Origin: Rebecca billardiae RCC1528
Taxonomy: Eukaryota; Protista; Haptophyta
DNA: 64,000 nucleotides
Assembly: GCA_965240325.2 (NCBI GenBank)
Contig: OZ251227.1
Location: forward strand, 1 to 64,000
Direction: 5' to 3'
Positions 11,163 to 21,771 of the stretch are shown piece by piece; within the stretch, counting starts at the first letter, position 1; each line of letters begins with the position of its first letter. The notes below the pieces were generated by a model. That model saw nothing but the letters and a program-made list of their open reading frames with translations. It ran no database searches and was not told the DNA's origin. The position numbers and the translations under genes are program-made.

Positions 11163-11919
11163 CGTCGAGGCGGTGGCGGTGGCTGTGTGCTCGCCCGCGC
11201 TCTACGCAGCTCGAGACGGATATCCCGAGGTCGTCGTCATGTCATCGGCATGGCCGCCGGCGCCCGAGGCCGAGGCCGAAGGCGAATGTCATCATCAATG
11301 ATGACGCAGTGACTGATGTGAGGCGGCTGCGCCGATTTTTTATCCGCCGCCGTCGTAGTATTACATATAAATTAAGTTATGTAGCTCAGTACAGCAACTG
11401 CTGATCCGAGATCCAGTGCAGTAATCATGCGCATCAATAATATAATTAATAAATATAATAATAATATATACTATACGTCGCGTGTAATAAATCGCAGCAG
11501 CGCGCTGATTCTGCTGCAGCGCATCAGACGGCTGTGCGGACGGCTCTGGACGCCGGCCTCCGATGATTCGGAGCCCTCGCTCGGCCAGACACTCTAGCAG
11601 TGCCACGGCTGATCCGTGATCGGACGCTCACCCGCCACCGCGGCGACGGGCGAGCAGAGGCTCCGGCCTCCGGACAGCGCAGCGGTTCACACGCCGGCGC
11701 TGCCCGCCACCACGCCGGCCCGCCTCCGCGTCTGCTGCGGGGCGCACGACGGCCGGGCCGGGTGTACCGACGCCAGCCGCGCCAGCAGGGTGGTGCCGCG
11801 GCTGCCCAGGACGGGCACGCCGCCGACGCGGCCCGCGCCTCGCTCGGCCGGCCAGCAGCCGCCCGCAACTGCCGACCGACGCGCGCCGCAAACGCCGGCG
11901 GCGCGCGCGCGCGCGGCGC

Positions 11920-12289
11920 TCAGCGCCCGCCGCGCAGTGCGAGCACGAGGTGCAGCACGCTCCCGCCCTCGATGTTGTACTCTGTTGCCTTCTTGTCGTC
12001 GTTCATCTGCTTGCCGCCAAAGATCAGCCGCTGCTGAGGGGGCGGGATGCCCTCCTTCTCCTCGACGCGCTCCTTAATGCGCGAGATGGTGTCGTCGCCG
12101 TCAATGTCGATCTCGATCTCCTTGCCCGTGAGGGTCTTCACCTTGATCTGCGCGCGCGCGGCAGACACGCGGCCGCGCGCCGACGCGGCGCGCGCATGCA
12201 CGGGCCCGGACGATCGGCGGTCGGCATGCCGGCGCGGGTGCGCGGGCGCGCGGGCGCGTCGCTCGAGAGGGTGGCGCGCCCACCTGCAT
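11920..12289 (-). CDS. NEDD8: NEDD8/RUB1 ubiquitin-like modifier; exon 1 = ATGCAG (12289-12284), intron 12283-12148, exon 2 12147-11920
   Basis: Spliced product [17 protein letters not shown]...[27 protein letters not shown]...[14 protein letters not shown], with the NEDD8-type Ala72 (LALRGG). Confidence 0.95.
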
Positions 12290-12475
12290 ACTGCCCGAGG
12301 CGCGCCCTGGCCGGACAGGGCGAGATCCGCGCGCTGCAGTGAACGCGGAGGACGCGGCCCTGCTGGGTCCCAAGCGTGCGCACAGCGCTCGCTGGACAAG
12401 TCCGGTGCGTCGTTGTACAGCCCACCCGCCTCGGCGGTCGATGCCAGTCGAGGCCTGGCCAACGGACTCGGCACG

Positions 12476-13132
12476 ATGGCGGAAGGCGACAAGAAGCCCG
12501 ACGACAAGCAGTCGAAGCGCGAGAGGCACGAGAAGCGCGAGAGGCACGAGAAGCGCGACAGGAGGGATAAGGACAAGGGTAGGGACAAGGACAAGGACAA
12601 GGAGCGGCGCGAGCGCAAGCGCACCAAGCGCGAGCGGCGCGACTCGACGGACGACGACAGCGACGCCGGCGGAGGTGGCAGCGCGGCGGCGGCATGGCCG
12701 GTGCCAGCCAAGCCGCCACCGGGCGGCGTGGTGCTCGGGCCGAGCGACTACTTTGCGCGCTCCACCGAGTTCCGCGTGTGGCTGCTCGAGGCGAAGGGCA
12801 TCTACCTCGACGAGCTGCCCTCGGAGAAGGCGCACGCGCTCTTTGCGCTCTTCGGACGCGCGTGGAACGACGGCGCGCTCGAGCGCAAGTTCTACGACGG
12901 GCTGAAGGAGACGCAGATCGCCGCCTCCGCGCGGACGCGGCACGTGTGGGCCTTCTCTGCCAAGATGAGCGAGGCGGACCGGCTCGCGCTCGAGTCCACC
13001 AAGGACAGCGTCGACACGGCGACACATCGCGCGGCGGCGGCCGCGGCCGCGGCCGCGGCCGCGGCCGCGCGGCCGACGGCCGGCCAGGGTCCGAGGCCCG
13101 TCAAGGGGCCGGCGGCTCCGCCGCCACGCTGA
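12476..13132 (+). CDS. Style cell-cycle inhibitor 1 (SCI1)-like small nuclear protein
   Basis: K/R/D/E-rich N-terminus, then [15 protein letters not shown]....DEL.SE.A..LF..F..AWN.G.L..KFYDG as in plant SCI1-like proteins. Confidence 0.7.
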   Translation: MAEGDKKPDDKQSKRERHEKRERHEKRDRRDKDKGRDKDKDKERRERKRTKRERRDSTDDDSDAGGGGSAAAAWPVPAKPPPGGVVLGPSDYFARSTEFRVWLLEAKGIYLDELPSEKAHALFALFGRAWNDGALERKFYDGLKETQIAASARTRHVWAFSAKMSEADRLALESTKDSVDTATHRAAAAAAAAAAAAARPTAGQGPRPVKGPAAPPPR

Positions 13133-13466
13133 GCCGGCGGCTCGAGCGATGGATCTGCCGCCATCACCGTTGTCGTGGAGCCCACCGCGCGCCCGTGCAG
13201 CCTACTCGGCTGCTCGTCAGTCTGAGTATGCTGGCCTGGCAGCCGGCGGCCCTGAGGCCTGAGCCCTGACGTGGCTGGCGGTAGGGCCCGCCCGGGCAAT
13301 ACTTATATATATATGAGTAGCGACGACGCGTATATACTACGCGTACGACTACAGCGCGCAGCAGCAGCAGTCTATAGCTGATTATTATACGACCGCCCGT
13401 TGCCGACGATATCGTCAGTGTCACTGTCAGCGGGCGCGGCGGCTATATACTGCTCGGCTGTATATA

Positions 13467-16100
13467 CACAGTGCAGGATTGGAATTTTCCGTGACGCTTC
13501 GGACGGTCCGCAGCTCGAGTCAGCGAATCCGGTCTCGGCCGGACAGTGGAACTCGGGTGGAAGCCGCGACTTCGCGGCGGACGGAGCCTCAAACGAGCGG
13601 TGCCTCGGCTCGCGGCGCGATCTACTCGGCGAAGACCGACGAGGCTGCTCGCGGGCCCGACTATGCGTCGACGCGGGCTGGGGTCGTCTTCCGCGTGGCG
13701 CTGGGCAAGTTCCTCGCCGCCCTGACGGGTGCTCTCCTTTCGCCCTCACGGCGCGCGCGGTGCGTTTCGCGAGCTTCTTGCATGCGCCGCCCGCGGTTGC
13801 GCCCGAGCCTGATGCTTCAGTCGACACGGCAGGTAGCTCGCGCAGGGTGGGATTGTGTGCGGGTGCCGCTGGCGGTGCGTCTCACCCTCCTGAAATTGTG
13901 TGGGAGGCTGTGACATTGCACGCGTACACCCCGCCACGCCCGCGGCCCGCCCGCGCAAACGCCGCGCCGCGCAGTTGTCTTTGACCTCGAGCGAGCCTGA
14001 GGCGTGGAGGCGACCGACGGCGGGGTGCGACTTGCCCACCGACCCGAGCCGCATCACCCAGCGCAGCCTCGCCCGCGACGACGCTTCGCCTGGCTGCCAC
14101 TGCTCAGCCGCGTGCAAGGCGGGCTGGGCGACGTCTTCAGCCGAGCGCGGCTGCAGCGCAGCACGCGAGAGGCTGGAGCGCCATGACGCGGATGGCGGAG
14201 CGGGCTTTGGGCTGGCTGGCATGAGCCGCCAGGCTGTACCGTCCGCGCAGATCGCGCTCGGCCCGGCCGCAGCCCTCCTGAGCGCGCGCCTCAGAGCTGA
14301 GACTGATCACGTGCACGCGCACAAGCCACACTGCCGTGGCTGTGTCGAGCAGCTGCGTGTGCTCGAGGCGCGGCGCTCGCACGGGCCACGCGGGCGCAGC
14401 GGGTGCGCGCAGCTGGCGCACGCAGTGCCACGTCCTGCCGCGCCAGTTTGGCGGCCGTCCGCCCCCCCGAGCTCGAGTTCTGCGCGCTTTGCGACGGCGC
14501 GGCCGGCCGCGCCCATCTTCATGCTTGGGCACGCCAGCATGGCCGCCGCCGGGCCTGCTGCGCGCGCCGAAGCTGGAGGGCGGAGGAGGGCGCTGGGCTG
14601 CTCCTACGGCGTGCTGCAGCCCGGGCAGGCTTTTCCGCGGCGCGGCGAGGCCGTCGCGCCTGCTCGCCGCCGTCGAGTCGCCCGTGCTGAGTGACCGTCG
14701 GCCGCATGTGCTCGGCGGCACCGCAGGCAGGCGTCCCATACCAGTGTGCTCGAGCCGCTGCGCGCACCCAAGGCGAGCTGCTCGAGCGGGCTAGGTGGGC
14801 CCACGGAGTGCGCGCAGCTGGCGCACGCAGCCCCGCGTCATGGGGTGTCGGTTTGACGGTCGCCAGCCCCCGTGGGCTCGAGCTCTGTGCGCTTCACCAC
14901 GGAGGTGCCGACGGCGCCCCGCGGCGCGCAACGGCGTGGCAGCATGGCCGCCGCCGGCGCCGCCGCACATGCCGCCGCTTACGGGCAGTCGAGAGCTTGG
15001 GGCAGCACCTACGGCATGCTGCAGCTCGGGCGGGCTCTGCCAGCCTGCTGTGGCGTGATCGCGCATTTTCCAGACCGTCGACTCGCCCGCGCTGCATATT
15101 TGTTTGCTGCGCGTGCTCGACGGCGCCGCTGCTGCCGCTACGGCCGCGCGTTGCTGCGTCGCGAGCGAGCCCGATGCGAGCTGAACGGCGGCGTGCTCAT
15201 CGCTGCTGGCGCAGATGGGCGCGTCATGGTGGCCACGCACGATGCTGAGTGCTCGCGCGTGCCAGACGAGGCGCGTGCTCGCGCTGTGGCTCAATGTCCG
15301 GCAGTGCGCGTGGCAGGCCGCAGCTGCTCGACAACAGAACCAGCGGGCAGTGATCGGGCTGCGCGCGCGCAGCTGATGGCGGCGAACGAGCGAGCCCGCA
15401 CCGCCGCGCAAGGGCTGGGCGACTGGCGCCGAGGTGGCGCGCACGTCGTCCGCTGCCGTTGGCATCGCGGCGGACGCTTCAAGCTCGTTCGGCCGGCGTG
15501 TTTTCTCCGACGCCCACCTGCGAGCGCTGCCGGCACCGTGCTCGGGCGTCAGTATCGGTGGGCTCGAGCACGCGTGGTGAGGCGCTCGGAGCGGTCGACG
15601 GCCATGATCGGGCAGCGCACGGTGGGCGCAGGCCACGCGCACGCCAGCGCCCCGCGTGGCGTGGCTTCACGGGGCGCAGCCACCAGGAGACTGTGCTGCG
15701 ACGAGCTCGGGCGCGCTCGGGCGCCGCTGCTCTGCATTTTCCCGAAAAATCGGTTTTCGTGCCCTCGACCGGCGTTATGCCGCCGGGGTGGCCGCAGCTG
15801 CGCTCGGAGCAGCGCGCACGCGCACCGCCGTGTGCGCCCGCCCGCTTTCGCCGCCGCCGAGCTCGAGCACAGCGCTGCGCGGGGCTGCGTAATGCCAACG
15901 GCGCATGATTTTTTGCCCGCGCCGAGCGCGCGTCGGCGCGCGCAGCGCGCTCAGGTGTGGCCTGCTACCAAGGTCTGTGCCACGATTCGACGCGCCTATG
16001 GTGCGCCGAATTTAGGCGCACCGCTTCAGAATTGTCCGATGATTCGACTAGTGGTGCGGACAACTTAAAACGTCACCCTGAGCAGTTTTCCGGCACTGTG
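13467..16100. mobile_element. Non-autonomous DNA transposon-like element, about 2.6 kb, with imperfect TIRs and TA flanks
   Basis: Both ends read CACAGTGCnGGA-N12-GTGACG-N9-GTCCGCA in exact register when the right end is reverse-complemented. TA lies on both sides. The interior has no recognisable transposase. Confidence 0.7.
14340..15040. repeat. Degenerate tandem duplication (about 410-bp period) inside the TIR element
   Basis: GTGCGCGCAGCTGGCGCACGCAG, GCTCGAG.TCTG.GCGCTT, CAGCATGGCCGCCGCCGG and CCTACGGC.TGCTGCAGC recur at about 14400-14620 and 14810-15030. Confidence 0.7.
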
Positions 16101-16282
16101 TACTCGTCTCGGTCATCTCGCGCGCGGGCAGCGCGTGGCCGTGGCGCGGCGGGCACGCAGCGCGCAGAACTTAGTATTTAATAGTATTGCGCGACGCGAC
16201 AGGTAGTCCGGACGACAGGATCACAGGTCCACTGCCGCACGCGACCCGGCCGCACCGCGCACGTGAGACAAATCACGTCACG

Positions 16283-19200
16283 TCAGTTGATCACGTACGC
16301 CTGCATCGCCTCGCGCAGCCGGCGCTCCTCCGCGCCCGAGTCGGCCAGCCCGTCGTCCGAGCCCGGCATGGAGGGCTGCGCGTGCGGCGCGTTCTTGTGC
16401 CCGAGCACCGTCTCCATCGAGCGCGTGCGGTCCGCCATCGCGGCGAGCGCGCTGTTGAGCTCCTCGTCCTCCTCCTCGGCCGCGTCCTCCGCCGCCTCCT
16501 CCTCGCACCCCTCGAGCAGCGAGAGCTCGTCCAGCGAGGGCAGCGGCTCGAGCTGGCCGAACCAGTGCCGCAGCCCGTTGAGCACGCCGAGCGCGCTCGG
16601 GAACCTGCGGGGCGGACGGGAGCAGGCGGCGCACACACACAACCCTGTCAGCGATCGGGCTGCGCGCGCACGCACGCCCGGCCGGCCGCGCGCGTGCGCG
16701 TGCGCGCGCGCTCACTTGCCGCTGCCCAGCTTGGAGTGGATGGGCACGAACAGCTCGGTGCCGCCCACCAGCTCCTCGCCCGCCTCCTCGCCGGCGCCGC
16801 GCGCCGTGCGGTACGCGCGCGCGCGCACGACGACCTGCAGCGCGCCCACGCGCGGGTAGCGGTGCAGCTTGGAGTCGTGCGCGCTCACGTACTGCTCCAC
16901 GCAGCCGTCCTGCGCACACCGACGCCGAGCGCGCGCGGCGGGAGCGGGCGGAGGGGCCGGGGGCCGGGGCACGGGGCTCAGCGCGTGGCCCGGGCGTGCG
17001 CGGCGCGCGGCGCGCGGCGTGCGCACCGGCATGAGCGCGGGCGGCGGCCGGATGAGCCCGTGCGCCTCGAGCCCGTGCGCCTCGGCGCGGCGCGGCGCGC
17101 GCGCGGGCGGCGCGCCGCGCGGCGTGGCGCCCCTCGAGCCCGCGGCCTCCTTCTCCGCCGCGGCGGCGATCGCTTTGGCCTGCTTGGCGCTCAGCCCCTG
17201 CAGCTCCTCCACCGTGCGCAGCGCGCCGCTGTTCGTCTCCACGCGCACCGACTTTCCAAAGTGAGCGCGCACCGCGGAGGCAATGCCCTCGGCCGCGTCC
17301 GCGTACCTGCAGCAGCGGAGCACGCGCGCAAGCGCACGCACGCGGCGGCTCAGGCGCGCGCGCGGGGGGGCTGGGGCGCGCGCGGCGGCAGGCGGCGCGG
17401 GCGCGGGGTCGCGCTGCGCGCACCGCTGCCGCTCGCCGCGCAGCGAGAAGGACGGGCGCGCCGCCGTGCACACCTCGAGCTCGACGGTCGGCGCGGACGC
17501 CAGCCGCGCGCGCAGACGGATGGCGGCCGCGGGCGCGGCGTTGCCCTCGAGGCGCAGCGCGACGCCGTGCCCGTCGGGCCCCGCCTGCAGCAGGCCCCAC
17601 GGCACGCGCACCAGCCGGTTGTGCGACGCGTCGAGCGCGCGCAGCTCGGTCAGCCGGCCGAGCGCGCGCGGCAGCTCGGCCAGCTCGTTGTGCGCCACGG
17701 AGAGTGTGCGCAGCGCCGCCAGCGCGCCCACCCCCTCGGGCAGCGCGCGCAGGGCGTTGGCGCTCAGGTCGAGCGCGGTGAGCGAGGGCGCGCAGCGCAG
17801 CAGCAGCGGGGGCACGGCGGGCAGCGCGTTGCGGGACAGGTCGACGGCGGCGAGGTGCTGCGGCGCCGCGCCGCCCGCGTCGGGCAGGGCGGTGAGCGCG
17901 TTGCCCGCCAGCTGCAGCGTGTGCAGCGCGCTGCCCGCGCCCAGCACCGCCTCGGGGCAGCGCGTCAGGCCCACGTCCACGATGGCCACGCAGCGCACGC
18001 CGCACAGGGCGGGGGGCGGCGCGCGCTCGGGCAGCGCGCCCTCGGGCGGCGGCATCGGCGCGCGCGGCGTGCACGACGCGAGCAGCGCGCCGAGCAGCGG
18101 GTGCACCTCCTGCGCGCGCCAGCCCGAGGCCGCGCCGTCCAGCTGCAGCGCGCCGCTGCCCGCGCACGCCGCCACCGCCTTGGTCAGCCAGCCGGGCGCG
18201 GAGGGGGCGGCGGCCAAGCCCAGCACCGCCGCCTCGAGGTCGGCGTTCTCGTCCGCCGAGCGCCTGCGCGGCGTCGTCGCCGCCGCCGCGCCGCCGCCGC
18301 CAATGCCGCCGGCGCCGCGCGGCGTCGCGCCGGCGCCGCGCGGCGTCGCGCCGCCGGCGCCGGCGCCGGCGCCGCGCGGCGTGCGCGCGCGCGGCGTGCG
18401 CGCGCGCGGCGCCGCGCGGCCGCCGCGCGGCGTGGGCGCGGGCCCGCGCGCGGTGGCGGGGCGCGAGGGCGGGCGGCTGCCCACGCGCGAGCCGGGCAGC
18501 GAGCGCGCGCCGCCGCGCGCCGCGTCCTCCGCCGCCGCCGCCAGCCCCAGCTTGGCGAAGGGCACGTGCACGCCGCCGCGCAGCGCGAGCCGCGCGCCGC
18601 CCAGCCGCGGCACCGCGGGCGGCGGCGGCGGCGCGACGCGCGGCTCGCGCCGCTCGGCCGCGGCGAGCGCGGCGGCGGTGGAGACGTGCGTGGCGAGGCG
18701 GCGCGGCGAGAGCGCGCGCGGCGACGGCGCGCGCCGCCCGTGCAGCTCGTCAAAGTGCGCGCCCGCCACGAGCGCGGCCAGCGCGGCCTCCTCCTCCTCC
18801 AGCCCGCACCCAACACTGCCGCCAAGCGCGCCGGCGGCGCGCGCCGGCGGCCGCGCCGCGCCCGGGCTGGCGCCGCCGCCGGGCGCGGGCGGCGCGGCGG
18901 CGGCGCGCTCGAGCGCGCCGCCCACGTCCGCGGCCGCGTCCAGCCGCGCCGGCGCGCCCGCCGCGTCGATGAGCGCCACGGCGCCCGCGTGCAGCGAGCG
19001 CAGCGTCGGGTCGTCCGACAGCAGGCCCGCCACCGCGCGCGCGGCCGCGGCGACCGGCGACTCGGCGGCGGCGGCGGCGGCGCTCGCGGGCGGCGGGGCG
19101 TGCACGGCGCGGAGCGCGTGCACGAGCTGCGCGCACACCTCCGCCGTCGGCCGCTCCTTCGCGCTGGGCGGCAGCACGTCGAGCACCACGCCCACGTGCC

Positions 19201-20008
19201 CCAGCGCAGACGCGCCCTCCGCGCCCCCCTCCGCGCCGGCGGGGAGCAGCCCGAGCGCGGCGGCGGCGGCGGGCGGGAGACGCGGCAGCAGGAAGGGCAC
19301 GCGCACGCGCTCCACGCCCACGCCGAGCAGCGCGCACACGCACGCGCGCACGTCCTGCGCGTACGCGACGCGAGCGAGCGACGCGCGCTCGCCGCCGCCG
19401 CCGCCGCCCGCCGCGTCCTCCGGCTCGGGCGCGGCGCCGACGTCCGCCGCCGCCGCGGCGGCGTCGGCGGCGATGTGCGCGGGCGGCCGCGCCGCGACGA
19501 GCACGCGCGCCGCGCCCGGCGGCGGCGGCGCGTCCACGCACATCGCGGAGAGCACGGCGTCGGGCGGCCGCTGCAGCGCGCGCGCCTCGAGCGCGCTCAG
19601 CACGGCGCCGGCCGCGTCGGGGCCGCTGGCGCGCTCGAGGCTGCGCGCCCACGCGCGCCAGTCCGCGCGCGACACGGCCTTGTCCGCGCCCACCGCGAGG
19701 TGCTCGAAGCGCAGCGCCTCGAACGGCACGCCCGCGCAGCAGCGCACGATCTCAGACACGGCCACGCGCCCGACGCGCGCCGCGTCCAGCGCGGCGAAGA
19801 CGCGCGCGGCGCGGCGCTCGAGCGCGGACGCGCCGGGCGAGACGGCGAGGACGGGATCGGTCGTGCTCGCCGCCGCGGCGTCGGTCGCCGCGGCGTCGGC
19901 GCCGCGCGGCTGCTCGGCGGCCGCCTCGGCGCGCGCCTTGCGGCCGCGCCACACCGACTGCAGCCGCGTGGCGGCCACGTGGCGCAGCAGGTCGCGGAGC
20001 GAGTCCAT
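16283..20008 (-). CDS. Multidomain protein: IQ motif, EF-hand-like loop, LRRs and C-terminal Rdx (SelW/SelT-like) domain; introns 17423-17307, 17026-16910, 16715-16605
   Basis: AATRLQSVWRGRKAR (IQ); about six LxxLxLxxNxLxxLP repeats; VELEVC..., YPRVGALQV and HSKLGSGKFPS after splicing. Confidence 0.75.
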
Positions 20009-20589
20009 CGGCGGCGCGGAGGGGGCTGCTCGGGCGCGCGGGTCGGCTGCGTGCGCGCGCACGCCGGGCGAGAGCCGGGCGCGATGCGGTCGGCCCGGGA
20101 GGGGGCTTGGAAGGGGGGCTTTGGCGGCCGTTAGCGGCGCCCCACTGCGGCCATTCGTGAGTTGAGCCTCCGCCCGCGGGCCGCGGCTGGCGGAAAGCGG
20201 CCGAAAGTCGGGCGTTCAAAAACTTCCGCCGTCCCGTCCCGGTCGAGGAAAACCGCTCTGAAGCGGGCGGCTACCCAGGCCTGTGCATTCCCGGAAGCAA
20301 CTGTCATTGTGGAAGTCTCATACTACGACTGTATGGTACGACATCTGTGAGTGTGTGAGTCATCGTCAGAGAATCAGTCAAAGAGACACTACAGTAGTCT
20401 GTCAGAGTGCTAGAGCAGCGTTGCCGCCGGATCTTCAGCCTCCGACGGACGCGGGCCCTGCGCGCCATCGAGGGCGTGCCTTCTCTCCGCGGCAAGGGCA
20501 TCGCCCCGGCCACCCACCGCTCGCCCGCCGCGGCCGGTGGGCGGTGGCACCGCCGCGGGAGCGTCCGGGGTGGCGCGCGCCGCGCGGCG

Positions 20590-21321
20590 TCACCGGCGCT
20601 GCGCGCGCCGCGCGCGCTGCGCGACCGCCGCGCCGCGCGCGTCGAACGCGGCGAGCGCGCGGTTGGCGGCGGCGAGCGCCTCGGCGTTGCGCTGCTCCTC
20701 GATGATGGCGCGCCGGCCCAGCGAGCCGCCGGCCGCCCTCGAGCGCGCCGCCGCCACCGTCTCGCCGCCCGCGCCGCCGCCGCCGAGCGTGCCCGCCGGC
20801 CGGCGCACGGGCGGCAGCTCGGCCGCGCGCGGCGGCGGCAGCGGCCGGCCGTCGCCGCCGCCGCCGCCCGCCGCGGGCGAGCCGCGCGCGTCGGCGGCCG
20901 CGTCCTCCTCCGCGCGCCTCGCGCGCGCGGCCGCGCGGCCCTCCGGCGACGCCGCCGGCAGGTCGACGGTGCGCGTGCCGTGCGCGGAGAAGCCGAGCAG
21001 AGGGTTGTGCGCGCGCGGCAGCCGCGGCAGCGGGAGCGGCTCGCCGGGGACGGGCGGCAGCACGTCGCGCCGCGCGTTGCCGACGACGTTGTGCGTGTCC
21101 ACCGGCGCGTACGCCGGCCCGCTCGCCGGGTCGAACCGGCTGCCGCGCCAGTGCTGCGCGAACAGCTCCTGCTCCGCCGCGCGCGAGCGGCCGGCCGCGC
21201 CCAGGTCGCCGCCGGCGCGCGCGTACGCGGTCTGCGCGTGCCACTCGGCGCGCTTCTCCTTGCGCACGTGCTGCGCGTACGCCGCCACGCGGTCCGCGCG
21301 GAAGTCGCCGCGCGTGAGCAT
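20590..21321 (-). CDS. Hypothetical protein (243 aa)
   Basis: ATG-initiated ORF with normal composition and GC3-biased codons. Divergent from the next gene. No family recognised. Confidence 0.6.
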   Translation of the reverse strand: MLTRGDFRADRVAAYAQHVRKEKRAEWHAQTAYARAGGDLGAAGRSRAAEQELFAQHWRGSRFDPASGPAYAPVDTHNVVGNARRDVLPPVPGEPLPLPRLPRAHNPLLGFSAHGTRTVDLPAASPEGRAAARARRAEEDAAADARGSPAAGGGGGDGRPLPPPRAAELPPVRRPAGTLGGGGAGGETVAAARSRAAGGSLGRRAIIEEQRNAEALAAANRALAAFDARGAAVAQRARRAQRR

Positions 21322-21771
21322 CGGTGTGTGTGCTCGTCAACGGCTGGAGGGCGCCAGCGCCATCGCCGTTTCTGATGATGATGACACTTTCTGTGCTCCT
21401 CGCGCCGGCCCCGCGGCCGAGCTGGGTGCGCAGCTGGCATGTATGATAGTTGCTGCATGCTGTAATAGGTGGCTCCTGACAACTGCCTACAGCATTACCC
21501 AGTTTACCCGCATGAATATGAGTGCGCGGCCCGGGGCGGCGGGGCCCCTGGCTCGCGCGCTGGCAACGCGTGCCCGCTTCCGCCGCGCGCCTCGCTCGCC
21601 CGCGCGTCGCTCGGCGGCGCCCCCGCTCCCGCGCGGCTCGACGACGGCCCGCGCCGCGCCCGAGGCGCGCCCCTTCCGAGCCGCCGCTCCGCCTCGCGCC
21701 CCGCGCCCCGGCGCGCGCGCGCACCCGCGCGCTCCGCCGCGGGCCGCGGTCGGTCGGGGCCGGTCGGCGGC

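Noticed and set aside
5374-11301. 1975-aa plus-strand ORF and similar giant ORFs (e.g. 16187-20134, 34562-37402, 56160-59555)
   Set aside because: Antisense or shifted shadows of real genes. They are Arg/Ala-rich, have no motifs, and are expected from stop-codon scarcity at this GC content.
11920-12711. 263-aa ubiquitin-fusion protein from the ORF track
   Set aside because: The N-terminal part is intron plus antisense of the neighbouring gene. The spliced product is plain NEDD8.
14872-16068. 398-aa ORF as the element's transposase
   Set aside because: No DDE or RAG1-core motifs recognised, and the composition looks like a chance ORF.
17424-17490. Selenoprotein in the Rdx domain
   Set aside because: No in-frame TGA at the CxxU position; the site reads CTAA.
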